A stretch of 64,000 bases of DNA from contig CM082593.2 of assembly GCA_040954595.2 (NCBI GenBank), forward strand, positions 9,061,200 through 9,125,199, written 5' to 3'. This DNA is from Balanoglossus misakiensis (taxonomy: Eukaryota; Animalia; Hemichordata). The notes under the pieces were generated by a model, which was given only the letters and a program-made list of their open reading frames with translations, was not told the DNA's origin and searched no databases. This document shows, in pieces, positions 13,414 through 26,218 of the stretch. Position numbers and translations under genes: made by a program. Numbering within the stretch: the stretch's first letter is position 1; each line of letters begins with the position of its first letter.

Positions 13414-15644
13414 GTAAGTTTATAATTAGAGTTCATACATGTAAATGAATGGCTGGCTGACAAGGGTCATCTCAGCTGAAAATTAGCATATTTGGCAGGA
13501 TATAAGTAATGGACATATATCCCCCTCTTGATGACATCATGAATGAAACACTGAATTGTATGTTATTGTTAGGGGAGGTGCCAGGGCGCCAGGGCGAATT
13601 AGGTGATAATTTTTGACACCCAATCATCTGAAAAGAGTGATGAATATCAGGGTTCTCCAAAAATCATAGAGTCGGGACTAATTTGCATATTAATTAACAT
13701 AAAATTTACATATAGCATTAGCTTCTATTTGACATCACTGTGGCCCCCCAATTATGTCGTCTGCTATCCTGTGTGTAGTATACAAGTGTTCTGCAGACTT
13801 GTGGACACATAGCATGACCTCCAACAAAAGTTGCTACATCTTTTGTCAAGTTTAGATAAGGTGTTGCAAAATGCGTATGCTCACTTGTTGCCATCTGTGC
13901 ATGCTTGCCTGTTACTAGGGCTATGATGCTATTTATAGGACGCCTGTCTAAAGATAATTCTGCAGACTTGTGGACGCATAGCATGACCTCCAACAAAAGT
14001 TGCTACATCTTTTGTCAAGTTTAGATAAGGTGTTGCAAAATGCCTATGCTCACTTGTTGCCATCTGTGCATGCTTGCCTGTTACTAGGGCTATGATGCTA
14101 TTTATAGGACGCCTGTCTAAAGATAACTGGTGCACTGAATGAAATGGGCAGCGCTGGGCCTGGGGAGAACCCTAGAATATGCATCGCTGTTTGCTTTTTT
14201 AATTGACGCCAATCTTGTTAATAGTGGGCTTTTTTTGTAATACATGTACTACTATCAAACTATAAAAATCAGACAACCTCTCCTAAAAGTAAAAAAAAAA
14301 AAATCGCCGTTTTTGCGGTAAATAACCACGAACTGGACAAGATGAAAAACGGACAGAGACCTGAACATTTTGGTGTCACAGGTTTATTAGTTTAACAAAG
14401 CAAATGCTATGCATGCATGTATGTATTCTGAAATTGATTTGTCACCATATTTATTTTGTTCAGAATGGTACAGTCCAAGTGGCTGTCACCTGACATGACG
14501 GCATTGACATTGTGGACGAAAATGACTCTGTGGCCTTGCATTTTCGCGAAAACGCCATCCTAATTTTACTCTGATCACTTGTGTCTTCGACGATGGACAT
14601 ACCCGGAATAGCGATATTGAATGAACATTGCGTATTTGGGTATAGCAAGGAGAGACATTTTTCGATTTCCTCTGAGTTGTTTACCGCCCGAGCCCTTTGA
14701 CGAATAAATTATCATAATGAGATAAATAATAAAAACGTTTTTTTTATTTCATTATTTCGACATTTTTATTTAATTTTTTATTTTGTTTCAGTTTCTTGGC
14801 GATTATTTTTGCCTTTTAACGTTGTCCATTCATTATACTTACATTTTTTATCATAATGTTTTAACATTTTTATTTTTTTCAGACAGTTTATAAGCATTTT
14901 TACCTTCGGTTGCAATTGTGTTCACATTTTTATTATTTATCTCATTATGATAATTTATTCACCCCCTAGCCTAGCGCATGTAGTTGGTTTTTCTGTGAGC
15001 CAGAATGACTGAAAATTTGAACGAAAAAACAAAACAACTTACGCTACATTTTTAGTTTGTTCGGCAGATTGTGAAATTTGTGATTCGTGTACATGAAAAC
15101 AAATCCGTTGATCGACAACCTCATTACTTTGAAAGCTTATAAAATGTACTAAGTTAAAGGGCTTAGGCATGCAGTGTAGTGGCTGAACACTGCGTCTCAC
15201 GTGACTTGGCAAAAAGACGCATCACGAAGATAGATGACTGACAGCCGGAGTTGGTTGCCCAGGGCGACAGCCAGCCCGGACCGAGGAGGGCGGAGCAAGG
15301 GGGTCTGACTGGCAGGAGCGGCACCAATAGATGAGGCCGATAGTTGTGTGGGCGGAACTGGACAAGCATGCCGTCTCGATCGACGGGCTGAGGACTTGGC
15401 AGACCGAACTGAACCCAAGCTTTATCAAGACGTAAGTAATATCCTTGCTACCGATAAGTTCTCGCTGACAGTTTTGTCTCACATTTCTCTAGTATTAAGA
15501 TAGTTGTTAAGTTAGTAGTTAAGGCAAGCATCGGTCGTCTAGTGTAGGTATTATACACACGGTCGGTGCACTCACAAGTAGTATTTTCCCCCTGTAGGGC
15601 GAGTATTACTAAGCAGTAAACAACTTCGGCGGGAAATCGGAAAA

Positions 15645-16442
15645 ATGGCGGCCGGCCGACCAGTCACCCCAATCACTTCTGTGGACAGCGAAAAGATATC
15701 AGAGGCATGTCAAGCTCTAACAGAGGCCAGTAGCTTGCTGAGACAAGCACTCGCACATGTCTCCGGAGAAGGAACGCCGCAACAACCTGCACCCAGACCT
15801 GCATCTGCGATCTCATCATATGCATCCAGATCCATCGCATCACCACCATCACAGTGGAACGTGGATGACTCTCATGTTCATTCGACACCGCCCACTCCGG
15901 GTATGTCTTCACCAACATCCTTGATGCGACCGTCGTCGCAGACACAAGGTGTCAGAGAGGAATTGCAAAGATGTTTTCGCGCCAATGCGAGGCCGCGGAA
16001 TCGTTCTCGTCACAGGTCTGCAAGTGCGAGCTCGATGGGAACTGTCGCTGCATCCTGCGTCCGTAATCGCCCAACTTGGCCTCACATTTGGGTCGCATTG
16101 GCTTCAGTGGGACAAGATTGGGTTCCCACTGTCCAGGAGAGGCGGGAATTGTTGAAAGCCGGGCTTGGGGAGAAGAAGCTTCACATGCCTGTTAATTTAA
16201 ATGCACTTGAAGTTATTGACTATCTGAGCAACGCATACCCCAAAATCGAACATGCCGGAGGCATAGAAATATGCAGAACCACTCGGGGTTCCAGAAAAAT
16301 AGAGACTATAAGATGTCCCGCAGCTGGATATACACAAGAATACCTCAGCCTTGAATGTGGTCAAGCAAAGCTGTATATCCGACCAATCCAACAGGAATTG
16401 GATTTAGCCCCCCTGGTTACTGAAGCCACTGACTTAATAGAG
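15645..16442 (+). CDS. HECT gene exon 1, copy 4
   Basis: Open frame and intact donor. Confidence 0.7.
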
Positions 16443-18673
16443 GTAAGTTTATAATTAGAGTTCATACATGTAAATGAATGGCTGGCTGACAAGGGTCATC
16501 TCAGCTGAAAATTAGCATATTTGGCAGGATATAAGTAATGGACATATATCCCCCTCTTGATGACATCATGAATGAAACACTGAATTGTATGTTATTGTTA
16601 GGGGAGGTGCCAGGGCGCCAGGGCGAATTAGGTGATAATTTTTGACACCCAATCATCTGAAAAGAGTGATGAATATCAGGGTTCTCCAAAAATCATAGAG
16701 TCGGGACTAATTTGCATATTAATTAACATAAAATTTACATATAGCATTAGCTTCTATTTGACATCACTGTGGCCCCCCAATTATGTCGTCTGCTATCCTG
16801 TGTGTAGTGTACAAGTGTTCTGCAGACTTGTGGACACATAGCATGACCTCCAACAAAAGTTGCTACATCTTTTGTCAAGTTTAGATAAGGTGTTGCAAAA
16901 TGCGTATGCTCACTTGTTGCCATCTGTGCATGCTTGCCTGTTACTAGGGCTATGATGCTATTTATAGAACGCCTGTCTAAAGATAATTCTGCAGACTTGT
17001 GGACGCATAGCATGACCTCCAACAAAAGTTGCTACATCTTTTGTCAAGTTTAGATAAGGTGTTGCAAAATGCCTATGCTCACTTGTTGCCATCTGTGCAT
17101 GCTTGCCTGTTACTAGGGCTATGATGCTATTTATAGGACGCCTGTCTAAAGATAACTGGTGCACTGAATGAAATGGGCAGCGCTGGGCCTGGGGAGAACC
17201 CTAGAATATGCATCGCTGTTTGCTTTTTTAATTGACGCCAATCTTGTTAATAGTGGGCTTTTTTTGTAATACATGTACTACTATCAAACTATAAAAATCA
17301 GACAACCTCTCCTAAAAGTAAAAAAAAAAAAATCGCCGTTTTTGCGGTAAATAACCACGAACTGGACAAGATGAAAAACGGACAGAGACCTGAACATTTT
17401 GGTGTCACAGGTTTATTAGTTTAACAAAGCAAATGCTATGCATGCATGTATGTATTCTGAAATTGATTTGTCACCATATTTATTTTGTTCAGAATGGTAC
17501 AGTCCAAGTGGCTGTCACCTGACATGACGGCATTGACATTGTGGACGAAAATGACTCTGTGGCCTTGCATTTTCGCGAAAACGCCATCCTAATTTTACTC
17601 TGATCACTTGTGTCTTCGACGATGGACATACCCGGAATAGCGATATTGAATGAACATTGCGTATTTGGGTATAGCAAGGAGAGACATTTTTCGATTTCCT
17701 CTGAGTTGTTTACCGCCCGAGCCCTTTGACGAATAAATTATCATAATGAGATAAATAATAAAAACGTTTTTTTTATTTCATTATTTCGACATTTTTATTT
17801 AATTTTTTATTTTGTTTCAGTTTCTTGGCGATTATTTTTGCCTTTTAACGTTGTCCATTCATTATACTTACATTTTTTATCATAATGTTTTAACATTTTT
17901 ATTTTTTTCAGACAGTTTATAAGCATTTTTACCTTCGGTTGCAATTGTGTTCACATTTTTATTATTTATCTCATTATGATAATTTATTCACCCCCTAGCC
18001 TAGCGCATGTAGTTGGTTTTTCTGTGAGCCAGAATGACTGAAAATTTGAACGAAAAAACAAAACAACTTACGCTACATTTTTAGTTTGTTCGGCAGATTG
18101 TGAAATTTGTGATTCGTGTACATGAAAACAAATCCGTTGATCGACAACCTCATTAGTTTGAAAGCTTATAAAATGTACTAAGTTAAAGGGCTTAGGCATG
18201 CAGTGTAGTGGCTGAACACTGCGTCTCACGTGACTTGGCAAAAAGACGCATCACGAAGATAGATGACTGACAGCCGGGGTTGGTTGCCCAGGGCGACAGC
18301 CAGCCCGGACCGAGGAGGGCGGAGCAAGGGGGTCTGACTGGCAGGAGCGGCACCAATAGATGAGGCCGATAGTTGTGTGGGCGGAACTGGACAAGCATGC
18401 CGTCTCGATCGACGGGCTGAGGACTTGGCAGACCGAACTGAACCCAAGCTTTATCAAGACGTAAGTAATATCCTTGCTACCGATAAGTTCTCGCTGACAG
18501 TTTTGTCTCACATTTCTCTAGTATTAAGATAGTTGTTAAGTTAGTAGTTAAGGCAAGCATCGGTCGCCTAGTGTAGGTATTATACACACGGTCGGTGCAC
18601 TCACAAGTAGTATTTTCCCCCTGTAGGGCGAGTATTACTAAGCAGTAAACAACTTCGGCGGGAAATCGGAAAA

Positions 18674-21600
18674 ATGGCGGCCGGCCGACCAGTCACCCCA
18701 ATCACTTCTGTGGACAGCGAAAAGATATCAGAGGCATGTCAAGCTCTAACAGAGGCCAGTAGCTTGCTGAGACAAGCACTCGCACATGTCTCCGGAGAAG
18801 GAACGCCGCAACAACCTGCACCCAGACCTGCATCTGCGATCTCATCATATGCATCCAGATCCATCGCATCACCACCATCACAGTGGAACGTGGATGACTC
18901 TCATGTTCATTCGACACCGCCCACTCCGGGTATGTCTTCACCAACATCCTTGATGCGACCGTCGTCGCAGACACAAGGTGTCAGAGAGGAATTGCAAAGA
19001 TGTTTTCGCGCCAATGCGAGGCCGCGGAATCGTTCTCGTCACAGGTCTGCAAGTGCGAGCTCGATGGGAACTGTCGCTGCATCCTGCGTCCGTAATCGCC
19101 CAACTTGGCCTCACATTTGGGTCGCATTGGCTTCAGTGGGACAAGATTGGGTTCCCACTGTCCAGGAGAGGCGGGAATTGTTGAAAGCCGGGCTTGGGGA
19201 GAAGAAGCTTCACATGCCTGTTAATTTAAATGCACTTGAAGTTATTGACTATCTGAGCAACGCATACCCCAAAATCGAACATGCCGGAGGCATAGAAATA
19301 TGCAGAACCACTCGGGGTTCCAGAAAAATAGAGACTATAAGATGTCCCGCAGCTGGATATACACAAGAATACCTCAGCCTTGAATGTGGTCAAGCAAAGC
19401 TGTATATCCGACCAATCCAACAGGAATTGGATTTAGCCCCCCTGGTTACTGAAGCCACTGACTTAATAGAGGTAAGTTTATAATTAGAGTTCATACATGT
19501 AAATGAATGGCTGGCTGACAAGGGTCATCTCAGCTGAAAATTAGCATATTTGGCAGGATATAAGTAATGGACATATATCCCCCTCTTGATGACATCATGA
19601 ATGACACACTGAATTGTATGTTATTGTTAGGGGAGGTGCCAGGGCGCCAGGGCGAATTAGGTGATAATTTTTGACACCCAATCATCTGAAAAGAGTGATG
19701 AATATCAGGGTTCTCCAAAAATCATAGAGTCGGGACTAATTTGCATATTAATTAACATAAAATTTACATATAGCATTAGCTTCTATTTGACATCACTGTG
19801 GCCCCCCAATTATGTCGTCTGCTATCCTGTGTGTAGTGTACAAGTGTTCTGCAGACTTGTGGACACATAGCATGACCTCCAACAAAAGTTGCTACATCTT
19901 TTGTCAAGTTTAGATAAGGTGTTGCAAAATGCGTATGCTCACTTGTTGCCATCTGTGCATGCTTGCCTGTTACTAGGGCTATGATGCTATTTATAGGACG
20001 CCTGTCTAAAGATAATTCTGCAGACTTGTGGACGCATAGCATGACCTCCAACAAAAGTTGCTACATCTTTTGTCAAGTTTAGATAAGGTGTTGCAAAATG
20101 CCTATGCTCACTTGTTGCCATCTGTGCATGCTTGCCTGTTACTAGGGCTATGATGCTATTTATAGGACGCCTGTCTAAAGATAACTGGTGCACTGAATGA
20201 AATGGGCAGCGCTGGGCCTGGGGAGAACCCTAGAATATGCATCGCTGTTTGCTGTTTTAATTGACGCCAATCTTGTTAATAGTGGGCTTTTTTTGTAATA
20301 CATGTACTACTATCAAACTATAAAAATCAGACAACCTCTCCTAAAAGTAAAAAAAAAAAAAATCGCCGTTTTTGCGGTAAATAACCACGAACTGGACAAG
20401 ATGAAAAACGGACAGAGACCTGAACATTTTGGTGTCACAGGTTTATTAGTTTAACAAAGCAAATGCTATGCATGCATGTATGTATTCTGAAATTGATTTG
20501 TCACCATATTTATTTTGTTCCCAGAATGTTGAAAATGTGCCTACGGAAAAGTGCCGTATTTGTAGTGAACACGTCCCATACAATTTGATACGGGAACACT
20601 TTGAGAGATGTTCTGAAAGACCAGTTGGTGATACTGTTGGGTAAGTATACTTATCACATTATCTGGCCCATATCACTACCTGTGTGACGTAGACAAGGAG
20701 AGATCAAAAATCCATATCACCCCTGTTCTACGTCATCATCCGGAACTATTTCCACCAATCCATTTAAAGCGACAAAGTCTCTCTCTCCCTGCCCCTTTTC
20801 CATTAATTATGTTAGACACAAGACACTGTATGTTATTCTACATCTGGATATATAGTGAATCAACGTTTGACCACTCACGACTTCCATCCAACTTGTAGAC
20901 ACGAGAGTGAAATACTCGCCAAAATGAATAATCAGTGTTTACCATTCAGTTTGGCGGGATTTTTACTCTCATATCCTACAAATGGGATGGAAGTTGTGTG
21001 TCGTTGAATGTTGATTCTCTATATATCCACAAGTAGAATAATATAACTGGTGTCTTGTATCAAACATAATTGATCGAAAAAGGCCAGCGAGGGAGAGACT
21101 TTGTCCCTTTAAAGTTATGGACATTGTTCCATATGTCATGGCTCATATATTGTGCATTATTCTGACTTTTACCAAGTACAACTTACAGGACTGTGTCATT
21201 GACAATGACTTGTTCATTACCTTATTTGATTATTTTCAGAGATGAGCTAGTTGCCCACGTAACCAATGAATTGACAGAAAACGAAGTGACAGAGAATGTA
21301 GTGACAGTGAATGAAGTGACAGTGAATGAAGTGACATTACCAGTAAATGCAGAATCGGTAATATAAATGTTATGTGTTTTTGGCTATTCCTGGAAATTGC
21401 GGGAATTGTTCTGACTTCTGACTATTTAAGTAAAAAAAATGTCAACATTTCCCCCAAAATTTTCTTGGGTCTCTATATTTACCAGAAACACATGTAAAAT
21501 TTTGGCCTTTGAGTACCAGGTAGAATGATGTATTATGAGTTCAGATGAATAATCTGTAGTGCTGGTATCATGGGTAATTGTGATGCTTTAATATGTATGA

Positions 21601-24221
21601 ATGTTCATATATAATATGTTTACACCTCACTTTGTTTTTCTCTTTGTTACCTTGTTCCAATTAGCAAGAAGTACTTCTCCCACCGAATTTTTCAAGCGAA
21701 ATTGGTGAAATTATTCAAGATACTGTCAATTTCAGCAGACAGAATGGTGACCCAGTAGAGGTTCTGCGCTACTACCAAAAAAAAGTGGTCACCGGCCGAA
21801 ATATGGATGTTGAAAATGAAAGTGAAGTCAGTGAAGATCGGTCAACAAATTTCATCCTTGTCAACAGAGACCAGATCTTAACAACGTCCTTTGATGAGAT
21901 AAACTGCATTGATGATCTCAGATTAACTCTTGAGGTCCAGTTTTACAACGAAGTAAGTAAATTTATCTTTATATATAGTTCAGTAATTACACTGTTGCAC
22001 AATCTGAGTATTATGTTGTTCAGTTGGGGGAGGGGGTTAAACTGAATAGACAGGGTCTAAGCATTCCTGTTAGTTTGTATTGTCCAGTACTAAATTTCTA
22101 TGAATCACACATTTATATTTTCATCTTTTCAAACATTTATTATTCAGTTTATAATTAGGTTGTTAGCCGTGATATAAACAGAAAATGGGAATTTCATATT
22201 TTCACGTGGCAAGTGTTTAACTTATAACTCATTTTGCAGCAAGCTGAAGACTATGGAGGTCCTAGAAAAGAGTTCTTTGTGTTAGCGTTAAGAGGAATCA
22301 AGCAGAAATATTTCGACGAAGGCTTAAAGGATCATCTAGCCACAGAATATGAAACTGTTGGCAAGATAATGGGTAAGTTTTACTTAAGAATGATCTCCTG
22401 GTAGAAAATTGATTTCCTTGTGTCATTGATTCTCACATTTTATGTCAGATTTATTTAATCCCTGCTTTCAGCATTGCAAAGCTATCAGATTAACTGTTGT
22501 CTCACAACAATTGCCAAAAGGTCTTCTTCTCTGAACCACTGCTGAATGGCTGTGCAAATTCTTATTTGTTCATCATACAGTGTTCATGATACTGGATATA
22601 TGAGACATATTATTAGGCATACTCATTTTATCTTTATGGAATATTTTTTTCCCACTTAAGCACTGAGTATGCTACAAAATGGCAAACTACCAAGGTTCAT
22701 GAACCAAGACATCATTACCCAATTGGTGAACAATGATCCCGCCATGCCATGCATCGTCTATCTCAGAAAGGGACTGGACGCATTGGGAATTTACCAGGTA
22801 TTGTAAGAGTTGAAACAGCAGTCTTTTTTTCATATGCAGAAAATGTACTGTGACATAATTGTATGAAGCTATTTCTGTCAAACTTACCAAAGAATTCAAA
22901 ATAGCTGCAACAAACGCCAAACTGGCAACACCTAATTTCTTTGATGCCGGCGACACGTTATCTCTAAAATAGTAACAACATCACAATTTAGTTCACAAAG
23001 AGGCGTCCCCCCCCATCCCAATTGCGCAGTTGAAGTAGTGCGTGTTGAGAGAGACGTGTCGACTCGAAAATGGATGACCATAGTTGTTTAGCGTGTCGAA
23101 TGCTGCTCTACGAAGCTCGTAGTTACCTTCTGCAAGAACCCATCGGGAGGAACCACTGCTTCAACTGCGCAATTGGGATTGGGGGGGCGCCTCTTTGTCT
23201 ACTAAATTGTGACATTGTTACACTTTCAGAGATAACGTGTCGCTGGAATCAAAGAAATACTGTGCTTCTACTTTGGCGTTTGTTGCAAAATTTGCAATGT
23301 ACCAGATTGGCTGCCAATGTGTGTCGTGCCTATAGAGTCTTTACATACATACATACATACATACATAAGTTTCTTTTTCCAACCATTATTTACTAATACT
23401 ATGGTTCCTTTGGGACTAGGTCATTGATCAGGGTTCTCCCCATGCTAGTTGTCAGTGGTCAGGCCAAACCAGCACTTATGTGAAAAAGCTGGCACTATTG
23501 TGTACATTGATGATTGGGAAAGACTTTCAACAGACATGAATACTAATGAGTAGTCTTTTTAAATATTTTATCCCATCTTTTTCTCCCAGCTTTGCAGGAG
23601 AATACCTACATTCCATTATCTTTTCCAAGTAAATGAAGCCAGTGCCTTAACTGTGCGGAAAGTTATCAACTTATTGAAACCAACATTTAGTGAAGATGGT
23701 TCTAACAAAAGAATCTTTGAGGATTCCATCTACGCTATGTATGTTAAATACATCCGAGAGGTTGCAAGTAAGTATCATATTGACATTCATGTCAGAGAGA
23801 CAAGAGCTCTTGTACCCGAGGTCCATGGTTCATTTCCAAAAATTGCTACTTTACAGTGGTTTTTAAGGCTTCCCCAAGAGTAAACCCTTTTTTTTCAAAC
23901 ACAAAATGTGGGAGGATTTTATATCTTGACTTTTATTTCCACTATGTGTTTCATAAACAAGGTGGTCGAAGAGGACAGGTATCTCTCGGCAGCATACTGC
24001 AATTTGCAACTGGATCAGATGAGGAACCCATCCTTGGATTTGTGATTCATCCAACGATTGAATTCAGTGATGCAGAAAACACATTTTTACCAACGGCTAA
24101 CACATGCATTGGCTGCATGAGACTACCAAGACCCACTATTAATATTCCTCTACCATCACAGGAAACACTGTTTAATTTGTATGACTACGCTTTCAGCAAC
24201 GCCTATTTTGGCAATGTGTAG
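18674..24221 (+). CDS. HECT-domain E3 ubiquitin ligase-like protein (G2E3-like HECT), 8 exons, 675 aa
   Basis: Exons 18674-19471, 20525-20640, 21240-21357, 21665-21952, 22240-22372, 22661-22797, 23590-23767, 23962-24221. All introns GT-AG with compatible phases; 2028 nt open. Motifs CRIC-x11-HxxxC zinc finger, VQFYNEQAEDYGGPRKEFF, ILQFATGSD, and catalytic LPTANTC. Confidence 0.85.
20768..21108. mobile_element. Kolobok-like MITE with TTAA TSD in intron 2
   Basis: ttaa|agcgacaaagtctctc...gagagactttgtccct|ttaa, with long imperfect TIRs. Confidence 0.7.
22905..23287. mobile_element. Palindromic MITE in HECT intron 6 (also duplicated at ~26884-27267)
   Basis: tgcaacaaacgccaaa...cccaattgcgcagttgaag pairs with cttcaactgcgcaattggg...tttggcgtttgttgca. 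Confidence 0.7.
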
Positions 24222-26218
24222 TAATGGTGAGTTACTTGGGACCCTAGGCCTGTGGCCTACCTATAGGTCCCTATTGATATCAAGTTCTTACATGCTGCTT
24301 GTGGGATGTTCATATCTGTTTTGCTGAAAACTGAGTGTACTGTCCTATAAAGGCCCATAGCAACGAGCAAAAAAGTACGGGTGTCCCATCTTAAAAGGGC
24401 TCAAATGAAGTTGTCATTGCCAAAAATATGCAAATTAGCTGGGAAAATGTGAATTTGGTCAAAACTCAGTAACTCAAGAACTACTGGTCAGATTGCTTTA
24501 CAAAGTGGTGTGTATTTACTTTATTTAGTTGTTTATATACACAGCAAATTCTTGAATGATTACATAACTGGCTAAGTTTTAAAGAGGCCAGCTGTTCTAT
24601 TTAGTATATGTATAGTACATATGCCATTGGCAGCTTATGGGTCAGTCAGTGTTTGCCCATTGATCTCTCTCTATGTGTGTGTGTGTCTGTCTGTATGTAT
24701 ATGGCCAAGTACTCCGGTGTACACTTTTTCTTGTGTAATCCCTCCATGGGACCACTGTGTCCTTGACGCGTTTTTTATGCCAATAGGGCCCAATAGGCTG
24801 GAAAATGTGAAATTGGTCAAAACTTAGAAACTCAATAATTACTGGTCAGATTTCTTTGAAAATTGGAATTCCTTATGTCAACCTTACACAGTACTGTATG
24901 ATTTGAGCTGATATGAATTTGTTTTTTTTTATGCATTTTTGTCTTTTTGCACATTATTGGTAAAAATCTTTTTGAAACTGAATAGCTAACTCCTGTGAAG
25001 TTTAGTATGAAGCTTCCTATAGGTGATCTGAGTTACCTTAGTTTTGTTTAAATTGTTGCAAAATTTGTTTATTTATAATTTAAGTTTTTGGTAAAAAAAA
25101 TTCTCTAAAACTGCTTGTCAGATAACTTTAAAATTTGGTAAACATCTTCGTAGGTGTAACCCAAGTAAGATAAAAATTTGGTGAAATTTGCATGCTTGAG
25201 TTATAGCGGGAATTTTGCAATTTCAGCCAACATGTTTTTGAAGTGAAATTGCTTGTCGGATTGTGTTGAACTTTGGGTTAACCCACGTTTTCGCTCATTG
25301 CTTGGGAATTTTTGAAAACAGTTCGGAACACATATACATGTATGTGCAACTGTAATGTCTGTTTATTGTTCAAATAACATGTTCTTATCTGCCTAGCTTT
25401 CTTTATTTACATATTGGTAATTTACTAGTCACAATAGTTTGGGTGTTTTTTTGCTTATTAGTCATACAGTAAAGGGGACGTTCAGTCCTCCTGATTTCTA
25501 CAGAATGTTGTAGCTTGGAGGTAACTTAATCAGAAAAAAAAAGATAATTCGTGGGATTTTTTTTTATAAAAAAGGGAAAATGTCGGAATTTCCAATATGG
25601 CATTTTCTGTATTTTGAATTATGGGGAAAAGGCGCCAGGCCTAACTTGTGCCAAACATTATGTGGGAGAATGTTTTGCGATTGGCATCATTGCTCGCCAG
25701 GATGGACATATTTGCAGAAAATAGTTTTGTCTCAAAGCTACATTATGTAGAAATAAGTTGAACTGAACTTCCTCTTTAATCTATGATGAATTATTAGCAT
25801 AAAAAAGAACCATTGTAGTAATACAAAGTTGTTTCTGCATTAATTCAGAAAAAAATTTCAGAGTTATATTTTATATATATTTTATTTTTAAATTGTTACA
25901 TATGAAATAAAATGTGAATACATCAATATGTTTGTTGGCTTGCTATATTTCTTTTACTAAAGTGTCTTCACATAATATTATAGATTTGTGACCGGGGGTG
26001 GACTTACCTGATTACCTACATACGTTGAGGGCTATACACCTGTGTCAGGGGGGGGGGTGACTTAGTCTGGTTCCTTGCCCCAATCCCACCGCTGGCTGCG
26101 CTATGCTAAAGGAGAAGGGGTCAGGTACGGCCCGATTGCATACCCAGAAACCTGGGGAAACCACGTGATCATAAACAAGATGGATGCTTAAGTGTTTAAC
26201 TTATAACTCATTTTGCAG

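Larger units (their letters stand above)
5054..20519 (+). repeat. Five tandem ~3.03-kb units, each containing promoter, exon 1 and intron 1 of the HECT gene
   Basis: Units start with cagaatggtacagtcc at 5054, 8400, 11431, 14461 and 17490. The same ORF sets recur with the same period. Unit 1 is ~315 bp longer. Confidence 0.97.
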
